A stretch of DNA of 64,000 nucleotides from Ancylonema sp. (taxonomy: Eukaryota). Shown here piece after piece: positions 1-11,215 of the stretch (positions are counted from its first letter, which is position 1; the number at the start of each line of letters is the position of its first letter). The stretch lies in the NCBI GenBank assembly GCA_050230475.1, contig JBFLGF010000006.1:1-64000 (forward strand), in the 5' to 3' direction. The notes beneath the pieces are model-generated. The model ran no database searches, was not told where the DNA came from, and saw nothing but the letters and a program-made list of their open reading frames with translations. Made by a program: the position numbers and the translations under genes.

Positions 1-521
1 ACACTGCAGCGGGGAGAGCACTGCAGGAGGCAGCAGACTTGCAATTTGGGTCCTATGACTGGCGGGCGGAGTATGGCAGATATGGCCAAGAGCCAGTTTT
101 GATAGAGGTGGCGGAGGAGGGAATACAAGAGGTGGTGCACAATGCCAAGGAGAGGAAGAGACTTGTGGAGCTGGAGGCAGCCAGCAAGTACCTCGACGGA
201 AAACTGACAGAAACACTGCCAATTATGACGGGGAGGCTGGAGGTGGTACGGGATCTCAGAAAGCTGGTTGAGTAAGGGGCCATAATAGACTAGGCGAAAA
301 TGATTCAGATCATGGGGAGGGGTTTGGGTGCACAAGGGGAGCTGCTGCTGGCAAACATGTTGGCAAAAAAGTTTAAGACCCTAGAAAGAAACTTCCACGA
401 GCTACAAGCAGAGGTCTTGCAGAAAAATATGGATCAGTACGGAGGGTTGAGGACGTTAGTGGAGGGGGATTCACGACACGCGGGATAGGTAGGGGGAGGG
501 AGGACGAAGGGGCCCTGGAGT

Positions 522-956
522 GTGGCCACACTTCGAGTGAAAAACACGGAGTTGGTGGTGAATGACATATCTCCATTGGGAATGGCGATTCTGGATTCGG
601 GGGCTACTAAACCCATGATCAGCTCTCGGATGGCCAAGCGTATGGGGCTCACAAAGGAACATATGACAGTGGGGGTGTCATTTGTTACGGTCGCGGGGAA
701 GATGGCGACGGGTCAGCGCATGACCAGGGAGAAGCTGAGTTTTACCCTTGCTGCTGGAACACGCTACGAAAGTGCTTATGAGGAGGTAGCTTTCGTAGTG
801 GACACAGAGTGTTACGATATACTACTGGGGATGGAGGTGATTGGATCAATAGGGGGGGTTTATGACTCATGGGTTGAGGTCTTTACGTGGAGGGTCGATT
901 ACCATCGCTCAGCGGCTGAGGGGGGGGGAAATATAAGAGGGAATTTATCGGCTTAG
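522..956 (+). pseudogene. Retropepsin-type aspartic protease domain of the DNMT-family retroelement
   Basis: AILDSGATKPMIS catalytic motif and downstream YDILLG motif; homologous to ORF 57694-58500. Confidence 0.85.
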
Positions 957-1305
957 GGTAGGATGACAGAGGAGGAGTGCAAAGCAGTGCGCTCGACACT
1001 CCCAATGCAAGCCATGGCATTGGGGAGGATCCACACGGAGTGGTAGGGAGAGGTTCAGATGCAGTCTGACCTCTACAGCTCCGAGGCTGAGGAAAGTCAG
1101 TTCGAGGATCCGGAGAGCGACACTTCTTACGAGTGGGAGGAAGGAGAGGAAGGGGATATGGGGGGGGATGAGAGTGAGGGAGTGGTGGAGTTAGAGTGGG
1201 AAGGGGAGGTGCAGAATCTGGCACTGCTCACTCTGCTGGAGCAGATGGAGGAGCAGGCAGCTTGGGGGTGGGATACGGATGGGGAGACAACTAGAGGGGG
1301 GGTAC

Positions 1306-1705
1306 TGTTAGGACCCTCGCTATAGTCCCGAGGGCTCCTTAGCGAGTTCCCTAACCTCGCGCTAATAGCCTAGTGTGCTAGTCGCGAGTGTGTGTTCTTG
1401 TCCCGCGACGTGGGTCGCTCTAGGGAGAGCTAGAGCCCTTGTAGAGTTTCGCTATTGTTATATCGAGTGTTGATCGTTTATAGCGACTAGTCGACTTCAG
1501 TTGTTCGTTTAGAGCGATACTCATTGTCCCACATTTGTAGTGAAGTCGCTAGCCGAGATTTCACTATATAGTTCGAGTTAGGATTGAGGATTTCTCACTC
1601 ATAACATCTCATGTACTCACATACTTTTATACACTTTTCCCATCGTGTCATTTCCCTTTGTGAGTGTTCATCAAACTAGATCCTTTCCCCTCCCGGGGTC
1701 TAACA
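1306..1705 (+). repeat. 5' LTR of the chromovirus
   Basis: TGTTAG...CTAACA termini; direct repeat of 6583-7000 and 7279-7690; TATATA at 1565-1570. Confidence 0.95.
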
Positions 1706-1846
1706 CTATGTTAGGAGCGAAAATTTTGTGAGGTTCTTTTTCGGTTTTCCACCTAGTGAGCTTCATTCTTTAGGGTTTCCCACCCCTCTCCCCCCCATCT
1801 TTCAGATTTTCCTTCTTCATTTCTGTCATTTTTCTTCCCATTTCTC

Positions 1847-2965
1847 ATGGATTCAGATTCGCGTTATGACGACTTAATTCGACAAATGCAGGAAATGAAG
1901 GCAACTTTCGATAATCCAATATGATCGTCTCACCACGTGAAAATGAGGAACTCCGTTACAAAGCTAGCGTCTATGAGGAGGCCGGATCTACTCGGCCCAC
2001 ATTTTCTGAGTTCCAACAAAATACCTCTAGCTTGATGAAGTCTCCCTACACTCAGCCTTCCCCTAACCAGCAGTCCTATACCCAGCCCGGCCCCCCCCCC
2101 CCATGTTGTTTACTATCCTCACCCACCAGCCTCTTCCCCAGCCCCTGACCTTAACCTACCCCTGCCTCCTATGTTCTCGGGCAAGTCAGCAGATCTGCAA
2201 AACTTCCGGTTTGGGGTTACCCAACACATTCTGGGCAGCCCCCTCCGCTATCACACTACCAGATCTAAACTGATTCTGGCGGGCAATCTGCTGGACAGCA
2301 TGGCCAAGAGCTGGTTCCGCTCCGTCTGCGATCCTGTCACCGCAGAGCCCCCCACAAACTGGACCCTGGCAGACTTCTTTCAGGAACTCGACGACACATT
2401 CGGGGGGGGAGAGGATTAGGCAGCCCTCGAACGCCGCCTGCACGAGTTGCAACACACGGGATCAGTGACTAAGCTTTCTGTTCGGTTCAGGGACATCACC
2501 AACACCTTCCAGCCGCGCTGGACGGACCCCTCCCTGATTTTCAACTTTAAAGCCAAACTGAAACCTTCGATTCAGAGCGAGCTGGCGCGTTCTACACAAC
2601 CCCCCACCTTCTCCGCCTGTGTGAAAGCTGCTGGCCTGGTCGAAACCAACCTCGCCAATAGTCGTCGCATCGACGCTGCAACCCGCAAACCGCCCTACAC
2701 TCCCCTATACCAAGCCTCTGGCCCCACCCCCTCCTACCTCCAAGAAGTCAGCCCCATGGAACTCGATGGCACCCGGCGCAAACGGCTCCAGCTGGAATCC
2801 ACAGAATATGATAGGCGCAAGAAGGGAAACCTCTGCATGTACTGTGGAGACGCGGGCCATAACCGCGACTCCTGCCCGGCGAAGCCAGCCAACCAGGCCC
2901 GCCAAGTCCGCTTTCTGGACACTTCTCCTGACCAGCCAAAAAACGATGCCCCCGGACAGTCCTAG
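1847..2965 (+). pseudogene. Chromovirus gag (frameshifted)
   Basis: PPMFSGKSADLQNF gag motif, PMELD motif and CCHC knuckle CMYCGDAGHNRDSC; broken over several frames. Confidence 0.88.
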
Positions 2966-5900
2966 GGGGGGTCTGTCTGGGCATGGTTTTTTCCCCCTCC
3001 CACCCCATCCCCAACCCAGCCCCCCAGCCCCGCCACCTGTACCTGTCAGTCCAGCTACTCCAGTACCCTCTTCCCCCCATTTTTGTCAACGCCCTCATCG
3101 ATTGCGGCGCGTCAGGAAACTTCGTAAGACCCCACGCTGCTCGCTCAGCACCACCTGACCACCACCCCCCCACCCCACACCCATCCAAGTGGAGCTGATT
3201 GATGGCAGCGCTTCCATCCGCAGGCCCTAATTACGCATTTCTACAAGGGCCTGTTGCCGCTGTCTGGGCTCCCAATACCGAAACACTCTAGTTTGACGTC
3301 ACCCGCCTAGCCCACTTTCCCATGGTGCTAGGCTACCCTTGGCTCCAGCGCCACAACCCGTCCATCGACTGGCAGGCAGGCGCTCTGCGGTTCACGTCCC
3401 CCCACTGCCAGAGTGCATGCCTGCCAGCCGCGCTCAGTTTCCCCCACCCACTTCTCACAACCCCCCCCCCCACCCCTGCCACCCCAATAATCCCCCCCCC
3501 TGCGCTCATTGCTGCCAGTTCCCTACCCATCCCCGCCCCCCCAGACCCTGAGCTGTTGTCTAAACTTCCCCCCGAGTACCACGACTACGCAGACGTGTTC
3601 TCGGAATCGGCGGCCAATACCCTTCCCCCCTCACCGCCCGTATGATCTGGAGATACCCCTCTTGTGACAGGGAAAGAACCACCTTGGGGACCCATCTACC
3701 CCATGTCAGAACCGGAGCTGGCTACTCTGAAGCAATATATCTCTGACAACCTCGCAAACGGATTCATCAGACCATCTACCAGCCCTGCGGGGGCCCCTGT
3801 CATGTTCATTAAGAAACCCGATGGCAAGCTCTGACTCTGCGTGGACTATAGAGGTTTGAATGCGGCTACACTAAAGAACCGCTATCCCCTACCCCTCATA
3901 ACTGAGATGCTCGATCGCTTGCACCGGGCGAAAATCTTTACAAAGATCGACTTGCGAAACGCTTACCACCAGGTGCGGGTGAAGGAGGGGGACGAGTGGA
4001 AGACTGCGTTCCGAACCCACTACGGCCACTTTGAGTTCCGTGTCTGTCCGTTCGGGCCCTGCAATGCCCCAGGATGTTTCCAACACTTCATCAATGACAT
4101 CTTTCGCGAGCACCTAGACGTCTTCCTGGCGGGCATGCTTGACGACATGGTGATCTACTCGACAGACTAGGAAGAGCACGTTACCCAAGTCCGCCAGGTC
4201 CCGGATATCCTAAGACATAACAAGCTCTACGCAAAGATTGAGAAATGCGCGTTCCACCAGGACACCATTACCTTCCTCGGCTACCAAGTCTCCCCAGCTG
4301 GGGTGGAGATGGACCCGGCAAAGGTGACGTCTGTGCTCGACTGGCCTACCCCTACGTCTGTCAAGGAGGTGCAGTCTTCTCTGGGGTTCGCAAACTTTCT
4401 ACCGCAAGTTCATAAACCACTACTCTACCGTGGCCTGCCCCCTGACTACGCTCACCCGAAAAGGCGTGAAGTTCTGCTGGACACCAGAGGCCCAGGTCGC
4501 TTTTGACTCCCTCAAGCAGGCCTTCACATCTGCACCTATCCTCAAACACTTCCAACCCACCCTCCCCCCATAATCCTCGAAGCCGACGCCTCCGACTTCG
4601 GCCTTGGCTGCGTCCTCAGCCAGACGTCCGCTGCCGGCGAGCTACACCCCATCGCTTTCTACTCCCGAAAGCTCGGAGGCCGAGCTAAACTACCCCATCT
4701 ATGACAAAGAGCTGCTGGCTATCGTCAACGGGTTTCACCAATGGCGCGTCTATTTGGAGGGCGCGGCTCATCCTATTGTGGTCTACACAGACCATAAAAA
4801 CCTGGAGTACTTCCATGGCGCCCGCACTACCTCCCGCCGCCACGCTCGCTGGGCAGAGACACTGGCTGCCTACGATTTCACTATCGTCTACCGAAAAGGG
4901 GAGACTAACAGAAAACCTGATGCTCTCTCCCGCCGTCCCGACTACCTGCCAGACCCAATCCCCGAACTCCCAATCCTACCCGATTCCCTTTCCCCAATTT
5001 CCCCCCCAGACGATTTCCCTATCCTGTTTCCCCCCCCCCTCCGAGCTGCTACGCTTTTCATCTCCCCCACGGACCCCATATTACCTGTTACCCGTGACGC
5101 GCAACTTCTCGACCCTGCCACTCTCGCCATCCGCAAACAACTGGCTATAAGACCTGAGGGGGAATCAAACCCCCTCGAACCCTCAGGCAGGTCATCTTCC
5201 TATTGTCTACGCAATGATTTGCTGTACCGACATCATCGCTTGGTCATCCCCCACCTACTGCTACGTCCCTGATACTCCAAATCCTAAAGCAATTCCATGA
5301 CGCGCCCCTCGCAGGCCATTACGGCGTTGCTCGGACGCATGCGCTCGTGGCGCAATACTTCTACTGGCCGGGAATTTCTACTGCAGTGGAGGCCTACGTC
5401 CGCAGCTGTGACACATGTGCGCGGAATAAGCCCGTCCGCCATGCACCCTACGGCCTGCTATCCCCAAATCCTATTCCTGATGACAGGCCATGGAGCTGTA
5501 TATCCATGGATTGCACAGACCTCCCGCCATCTAACTACCACTACCACGATGCGATTCTCGTAGTGGTCCTGACTAAGGCTGCTCACTTCATTCCTACGAC
5601 AAAGGCGATACCAGCTCCTGACGTCGCTGCCATTTTCTTGCGGGAGGTGGTACGGCTCCATGGCATGCCCTCCACCATCATTTCCGACCGCGATCCAGTC
5701 TTTACCAGCCGTTTTTGGAGACGGCTGCTGCAGCTGTGCGGTATCCACGCCAACCGCTCGACTGCGTTTAACCCTCAGACGGATGGCCAGACGGAGCGCC
5801 TCAATTTTGTTCTCGAGCAGTATTTACGCATCTACACCGATTACCAGCAGTCGGATTGGTCCAGTGTGCTGCCCATGGCAGAATTTTCCTACAACAATTC

Positions 5901-6575
5901 CCTGCATTCTGCCACATCCCTGACCCCGTTCTTCCCAACCACGGTTTCCATCCCCAACTCTCCCTCCTCCCTCCCTCCCCGGACTCCCCAACCCCGTCGG
6001 CAGATGCATACGTGAAGGTGATTCACGACGCACAGATTCTACTCGAGACGTCGCTGAAAAAATCCCAAATTGCTATGGAGCGATCGGCCAATCGCAAGCG
6101 TCGGGCTGCCCCATCCCTCCAGCCTGGCGATAAAGTATGGCTCCTCCGGCGCCACGTCGCTTCCACACGACCCTCTGCAAAATTGGACGTCCGTCGCCTC
6201 GGGCCTTTTCCTGTGATTGGTCCAGTTGGCTCCTCTGCTTTTCGCTTGGAGCTCCCGCCGTCCATCCGCATCTATCCCGTTTTCCACGTAGCGTTTCTGG
6301 AGCCATATGTGAAAAATCCTTTTCCCGGCCGTGACGTGCCGCAGCCTCCACCGGTCATCGTGGACGGCGAACCCCAGTGGGAAGTCGCTTCGGTGCTGGA
6401 TTCCAAATTCTTGCGTGGCAAGTTGTACTATCTCGTGGACTGGGAGGGTTTCGACGAATCAGAGCGCTCCTGGGAGCCGGCACAACAATCTCTCACATGC
6501 CACCGCGGTCATCGCGGATTTCCATCGCCGCTTCCCAGCCCGTCCGGCTACCTGCGCCTTGCGTTCCGCGCCTAG
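2944..6575 (+). pseudogene. Chromovirus pol: protease, RT, RNase H, integrase, chromodomain (multiple stops and frameshifts)
   Basis: [36 protein letters not shown]; RNase [48 protein letters not shown]; chromodomain WEVASVLDS..YLVDWEGF..SWEP. Confidence 0.95.
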
Positions 6576-6582
6576 GGGGTAC

Positions 6583-7000
6583 TGTTAGGACCCTCGCTAT
6601 AGTCCCTAGGGCTGAACTCCTTGGCGAGTTCCCTAACCTAGCGCTATTAGCGTAGTGTGCTAGTAGCGAGTGTGTGTTCTTGTACCGCGACTTGGGTCGC
6701 TCTAGGGAGAGCTAGAGCCCGCCCTTGTAGAGTTTCGCTATTGTTATATGTTGATCGATTATAGCGAGTAGTTCTTGTATGCGACTTCAGTTGTTCGTTT
6801 AGAGCGATACTCATTGTCCCACATTTGTAGTGAAGTCGCTAGCCGAGATTTCACTACTATAGTTCGAGTTAGGATTGAGGATTTCTCACTCCTAACATCT
6901 CATGTACTCACATGCTTTATACACACTTTTCCCATCGTGTGTGTCGATTCCCTTTGTGAGTGTTCATCAAACTAGATCCCTTCCCCTCCCGGGTCTAACA
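6583..7000 (+). repeat. 3' LTR of the chromovirus
   Basis: Direct repeat of 1306-1705, preceded by the PPT CTAGGGGGTAC. Confidence 0.95.
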
Positions 7001-7278
7001 CCTAGGGACTATAGCGAGGGTCCTAATTTGGAATTTGGAATCTAGCACCGAAGCACCACCGGTCATCGTGGACGGCGAACCCCTGTGGGAAGTCGCTTCG
7101 GTGCTGGATTCCAAATTCTTGCGTGGCAAGTTGTTCTCTCTCGTGGACTGGGAGGGTTTCGACGAATCAGAGCGCTCCTGGGAGCCGGCACACAATCTCT
7201 CACATGCCGTCGCGGTCATCGCGGATTTCCATCGCCGGCTACCCGCGCCCTGCGTTCCGCGCCTAGAGGGGGGGGTAT

Positions 7279-7690
7279 TGTTAGGACCCTCGCTATAGTC
7301 CCTAGAACTCCTTAGCGAGGTCCCTAACCAAGCGCTACTAGCTTAGTGTGCTAGTAGCGAGTGTGTGTTCTTGTACCGCGACTTGGGTCGCTATAGGGAG
7401 AGCTAGAGCCCTTGTAGAGTTTCGCTATCTATTGTTATATCGAGTGTTGATCGTTTATAGCGACTAGTTCTTGTATGCGACTTCAGTTGTTCGTTTATAT
7501 CGATACTCATTGTCCCACATTTGTAGTGAAGTCGCTAGCTGAGATTTCACTATACAGTTCAAGTTAGGATTGAGGATTTCTCACTCCTAACATCTCATGT
7601 ACTCACATACTTTTATACACTTTTCCCATCGTGTCATTCCCCTTTGTGAGTGTTCATCAATCAAACTAGATCCCCCTCCCGGGTCTAACA
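7279..7690 (+). repeat. Extra (third) LTR following a duplicated chromodomain and PPT
   Basis: Direct repeat of the other two LTRs; about 7055-7278 repeats about 6347-6582. Confidence 0.93.
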
Positions 7691-8279
7691 TAGAGGGGTG
7701 GCGCTCGATGAGGCCAACGTCTTGCTGGAGGAGGAAATGGGTGGAAAAAGTCCGGGGTGGGCTGAGGAGGGGTATGGGGGGGGTACGGGGGAAGCGGGGG
7801 AGAAATTTCAGGGCATGGCGGTCACAGAGTTGGGAGATAGCCCAAGGGAGGGTGGGCCAACCGCTCAATCGCGGCTGGTGGAGGGCCAACCGCGGCTGGG
7901 ACCCCAACCGCAGCAGAGGCTGGGACTGGGGGTGGAGGGGGAGATTCAGAACTGGGGGAAGCACACGAGGGTGGTGCAACCTGACCCTAGGGTGATGGTA
8001 GGGGGGGTGGCTGTGAAAGGCACACGACAAAGCCAGCCCCAACCGCGGTTGGGGGAGTTGAATGGAGCCCCTCGTGAGGCAGATCTACGAGTGGTGGAAG
8101 TGCAGCGGGCGGGTGCAGCACGTCAAGCGGCGGCAGCTTTGAGGTTGTTGAAGGCGAGAGAAAGCTTGCTGGGAAATGAAAAAAACACAAAGATCCTGGA
8201 AGTGGGTGGGGGCAGCAGTGAGAGGTGCAACACCAATTAACACCAGGGTAGTGAGTCTGAGGGAGGAGGCAGCGGAGGA

Positions 8280-9045
8280 GAGAGTGCATATTGTCGAGCT
8301 TTTTAGTGGCATCGGTCTGGGCGCCACAAGCGCAGCCTTGGCGGCAGGATTGAGGGTGCGGCTGATGTCATGCGTCGAGAGGGACCCCATCTCCAACCGG
8401 ATCGACGAGGGGGTGATCGAGAAGCTGATCCTCGAGTACCCAGGCCAAATCAACAGGGGGGCGTTTAGTGGCTGGGAGAAAAGGCTGCTACAAGATGTGG
8501 GGCTGTTTGGGGAGATGGCGCTGGTTAACCTGATTGCACAGATGGGGGAGTTGGATATAGTGGGAGCTGGCTGGGAGTTCCAGAGAATCAGCCGGGGGGG
8601 CAGGCAGGAGGGGTATGCAGACAAGAGGTTTCAATACTTATACGACTTGGTGCGCATCCTGGGGTGGGCTGCAGCTCCATCAGGAGAGATCGTCAGTCCA
8701 CTTCTTGAAGAACACCTACCCGGGGGAGTTGGCAAAAATGCGTGAGTCGGTGCAAAAGACTGCACGGCTGATAGAGTCCTTCATTAGGCTGCGGGTGGAT
8801 TTAGACGCGGGAGGGTTGGGAGCAGCCAGCCATCGGCTGCGCTATTTCTGGACGAACGCCATGGATCGGGATGAGCTGCAGGAGGCTGTCCCACAGGATC
8901 TGCACCCAAGCCCACCGTTGAGGGAGATCTTGAGGGAGTATCACATACCCAAGGCACCTGCTTGCATCGATTTCCCGCCTCAGGTCGTGAGGAATTTCCG
9001 GGGAGGGGAGAGGATCCTGATGCCGACAATCGTCAGCTTTCAACG
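8280..9045 (+). pseudogene. C5-cytosine DNA methyltransferase domain (DNMT3-like), motifs I-VIII, frameshifted and truncated
   Basis: Motif I VELFSGIG, motif II SCVERD, motif IV DIVGAGWEFQ (catalytic Cys position is TTC at 8578-8580). After a frameshift near 8660-8700 come motif VI FLKNT (normally ENV) and motif VIII DAGGLGAASHRLRYFWTN. Confidence 0.85.
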
Positions 9046-11215
9046 CCGGCGCACTTGTCGCCATGGCTGATGGTGGGGTTGTCACGCCCGTGACACTTAT
9101 CCCTCGTCTGATCTGAACGGACGGCCCTCTATCTGCCCTCTCCGAAGGGTAAAGAGTGTCGCGTGGCTGAGTGTTGTGTGTGAAGATCACCCTCCTAGGT
9201 CGCCCCGACCCCCTCTTCTCTTCCGCCGTTGCTTCCGCCGCACGGATTCCAGCTGCTTGCACTGCCCTCTTTGTTGCCTCCTCCTGCTCCAAACGCTGCC
9301 CCACGTTCTAGATCACCCGCCTCAAATCAGCTGCCCCCGGCGATCTTGGTCGTGTCCCTCCTTGAGTTGCCCCCGCACTCTAGGGTCCCAGCCTGCTTGC
9401 TAGGCTACTACCCTCTCCCCTCTCCATGCTCCGCAGCCTCTCAGAAGCGCGCACCGGTTCAGCACTCCCTCCTCCCGACCGCCCTCCTCGAGCGCGTGGC
9501 GCCATCATCTGGAATGGTAGCCTGACGTGCACCATTGGCACGTCCATAACAACCCACATCTCCCCCACGTAGAATCCCAGTTCCACTCCGTTTACATCAC
9601 CCTCCTCCCCCACCCGCATTGCCAGCATTTGACGTGGGTAACGAGGGCTGATAAACTCCTCATCCCCTCGCCCGGGCCTATCCTCAAACTCTGCGCCCCT
9701 CTTCCTTGGTGGCCCTGGCACCGCCATGGCCAACCCCTGACGTGGCCGCTTGGCATCACGTGCCCCCCCCGGGGTGTAGTTCTTGGGCCGAAGCTCGGGA
9801 TGCTTTGCCCAACAGTGCGCCTCGGTGTGGTTTGTTTTGTCACAAAAACTGCAAGTTGCCCCCTCTGTCATGTGCGCTCGTGGCATGGACATGGCCACCC
9901 CCCTCGCTGTCCCAAATCTGGCAGCGAAGGGTGCTTTCACACCCTCCCCGCGTCCAGCTGCTGCGGTCTTCAGCGCCTCCCTCAGCCTCCCCGCCGTCTC
10001 CTCCCGCTTCCCGGTAGGACAGTTGGCAGCGCGGTGCCCCAGCCCGTCACAAGTGAAACACTTGACAAGAGTTTCCCCCCCCATCCCTCCTCCTCCATTC
10101 CCACCCCCTCCACTCCCAACCCCTCCTCCTCCCCCTCCATTCCCAGATCCCCCCCCTCCTCCTCCTTCTCTCGGCTTCCCCTTCCCCTCCTCCCTTCCCC
10201 CTCCCTCCTTTTTCCCCTCCTTCTGACTTGGCAATAGGCCAAACATCCGCAGCTCCGCATCCCGCGACATCTGCGCTCTCTCGTGGGAGGTGGCAATGTC
10301 TCTGATATCTGCCATACTCATCTTGGGAAGTCCTGCTCCATCCCGGCGCTGCTCTTCAGCCCGAAGCTTTGGGCCTACCACCCGCCGCAACCCTCCCGGC
10401 AAACAATCCTCATAAAAACACGTTGTCTGACGAGCGCTGACCATATGTGGAACGAGGTTAACAGTTATCCGGGACAGGTCCTCGTAGATGGAGTTTGCGG
10501 TAGCTCTTGCTGCTGGTCTGAAGTTCTGGAACTCCACTAACCATTCCGACCCCGCGATCGAAAATCGCGTCCTCCACCTCTGGAAGAATCCCTCGAGATC
10601 GGCCGGCTCTGCTTCCAGAGGTACTGCTAGTGTCCTGAAGTTCTGAGGTGAGTCGCATCAGCTGCCAACTCGCCTTCTAACCATAGTATACGCGCCAGAC
10701 CACCCTCACTACTTCCACCACTTGCGCTATTGCCAGTGGTGGGTTGTCAGGGTCATGCGGGTCAATGGACCGGCGGTAGTCATCCAGAACCAATCTTGCT
10801 TGCCCCTCTCTACGTGGCCAGACATCCGCTCGAGGACCTCAAACTGACCATATTCCCCACTAAGGAATTTCTGAAGATTCCGCTTCTCTGCCTCCCACAT
10901 ATCTTTCATATTCTGGATAAATTGGCGCTGCGCCACCCCTCCTCCTCCCGAATACTTGGGCACAGCCAAAGTACCATCTCTGTTTCCTCCTCTAAACCCG
11001 CGAAATGCACCAACGACTAAGCCGCAAACACAGGTACCGGGGGTACAAAAGCCGGTGGTTGATATATGACAAGCTGAAAATTCTGCACTTCAGCCTCTCC
11101 CTCTGAGTGTGCCGAACCCTGAGAGTCAACTGATCCTGTCCTAGAATCAGATATATTGCTCGATGATTCACTACCACCACCGCCTCCCCCACTATCCACT
11201 CTCCGCACCAATCGT
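9045..11215 (-). pseudogene. gag region of a second DNMT-family retroelement copy (inverted)
   Basis: ORF 9380-10537 has CCHC knuckles CFTCDGLGHRAANC and CSFCDKTNHTEAHC. ORF 10727-10969 (VPKYSGG..YGQFEVL) is upstream. Both are homologous to the 16296-17330 region. Confidence 0.75.

Larger units (their letters stand above)
1306..7690 (+). mobile_element. Ty3/gypsy chromovirus LTR retrotransposon (Tf1/sushi/Tcn1-like), degenerate, with three LTRs
   Basis: LTRs TGTTAGG...CTAACA at 1306-1705, 6583-7000 and 7279-7690. Domain order is gag-PR-RT-RNaseH-IN-chromodomain, with a PPT before LTR2 and LTR3. Confidence 0.95.
39..9045 (+). mobile_element. Decayed retroelement (probably Ty3/gypsy) carrying a C5-cytosine DNA methyltransferase; split by the chromovirus insertion at about 1300-7690
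   Basis: ORFs 39-275, 300-488, 522-956 and 1059-1305 are in one frame, separated by point stops. The frame resumes at 7692 once the insertion is removed. It contains an aspartic protease and a DNMT domain. No RT or integrase is visible; it is truncated at about 9045 and starts before the window. Confidence 0.8.

Noticed and set aside
8176..9070. Host DNMT3/DRM gene or bacterial restriction-modification methylase
   Set aside because: It is intronless, frameshifted and continuous with a retroelement protease frame. The motif order is not the permuted DRM order, and no endonuclease is nearby.
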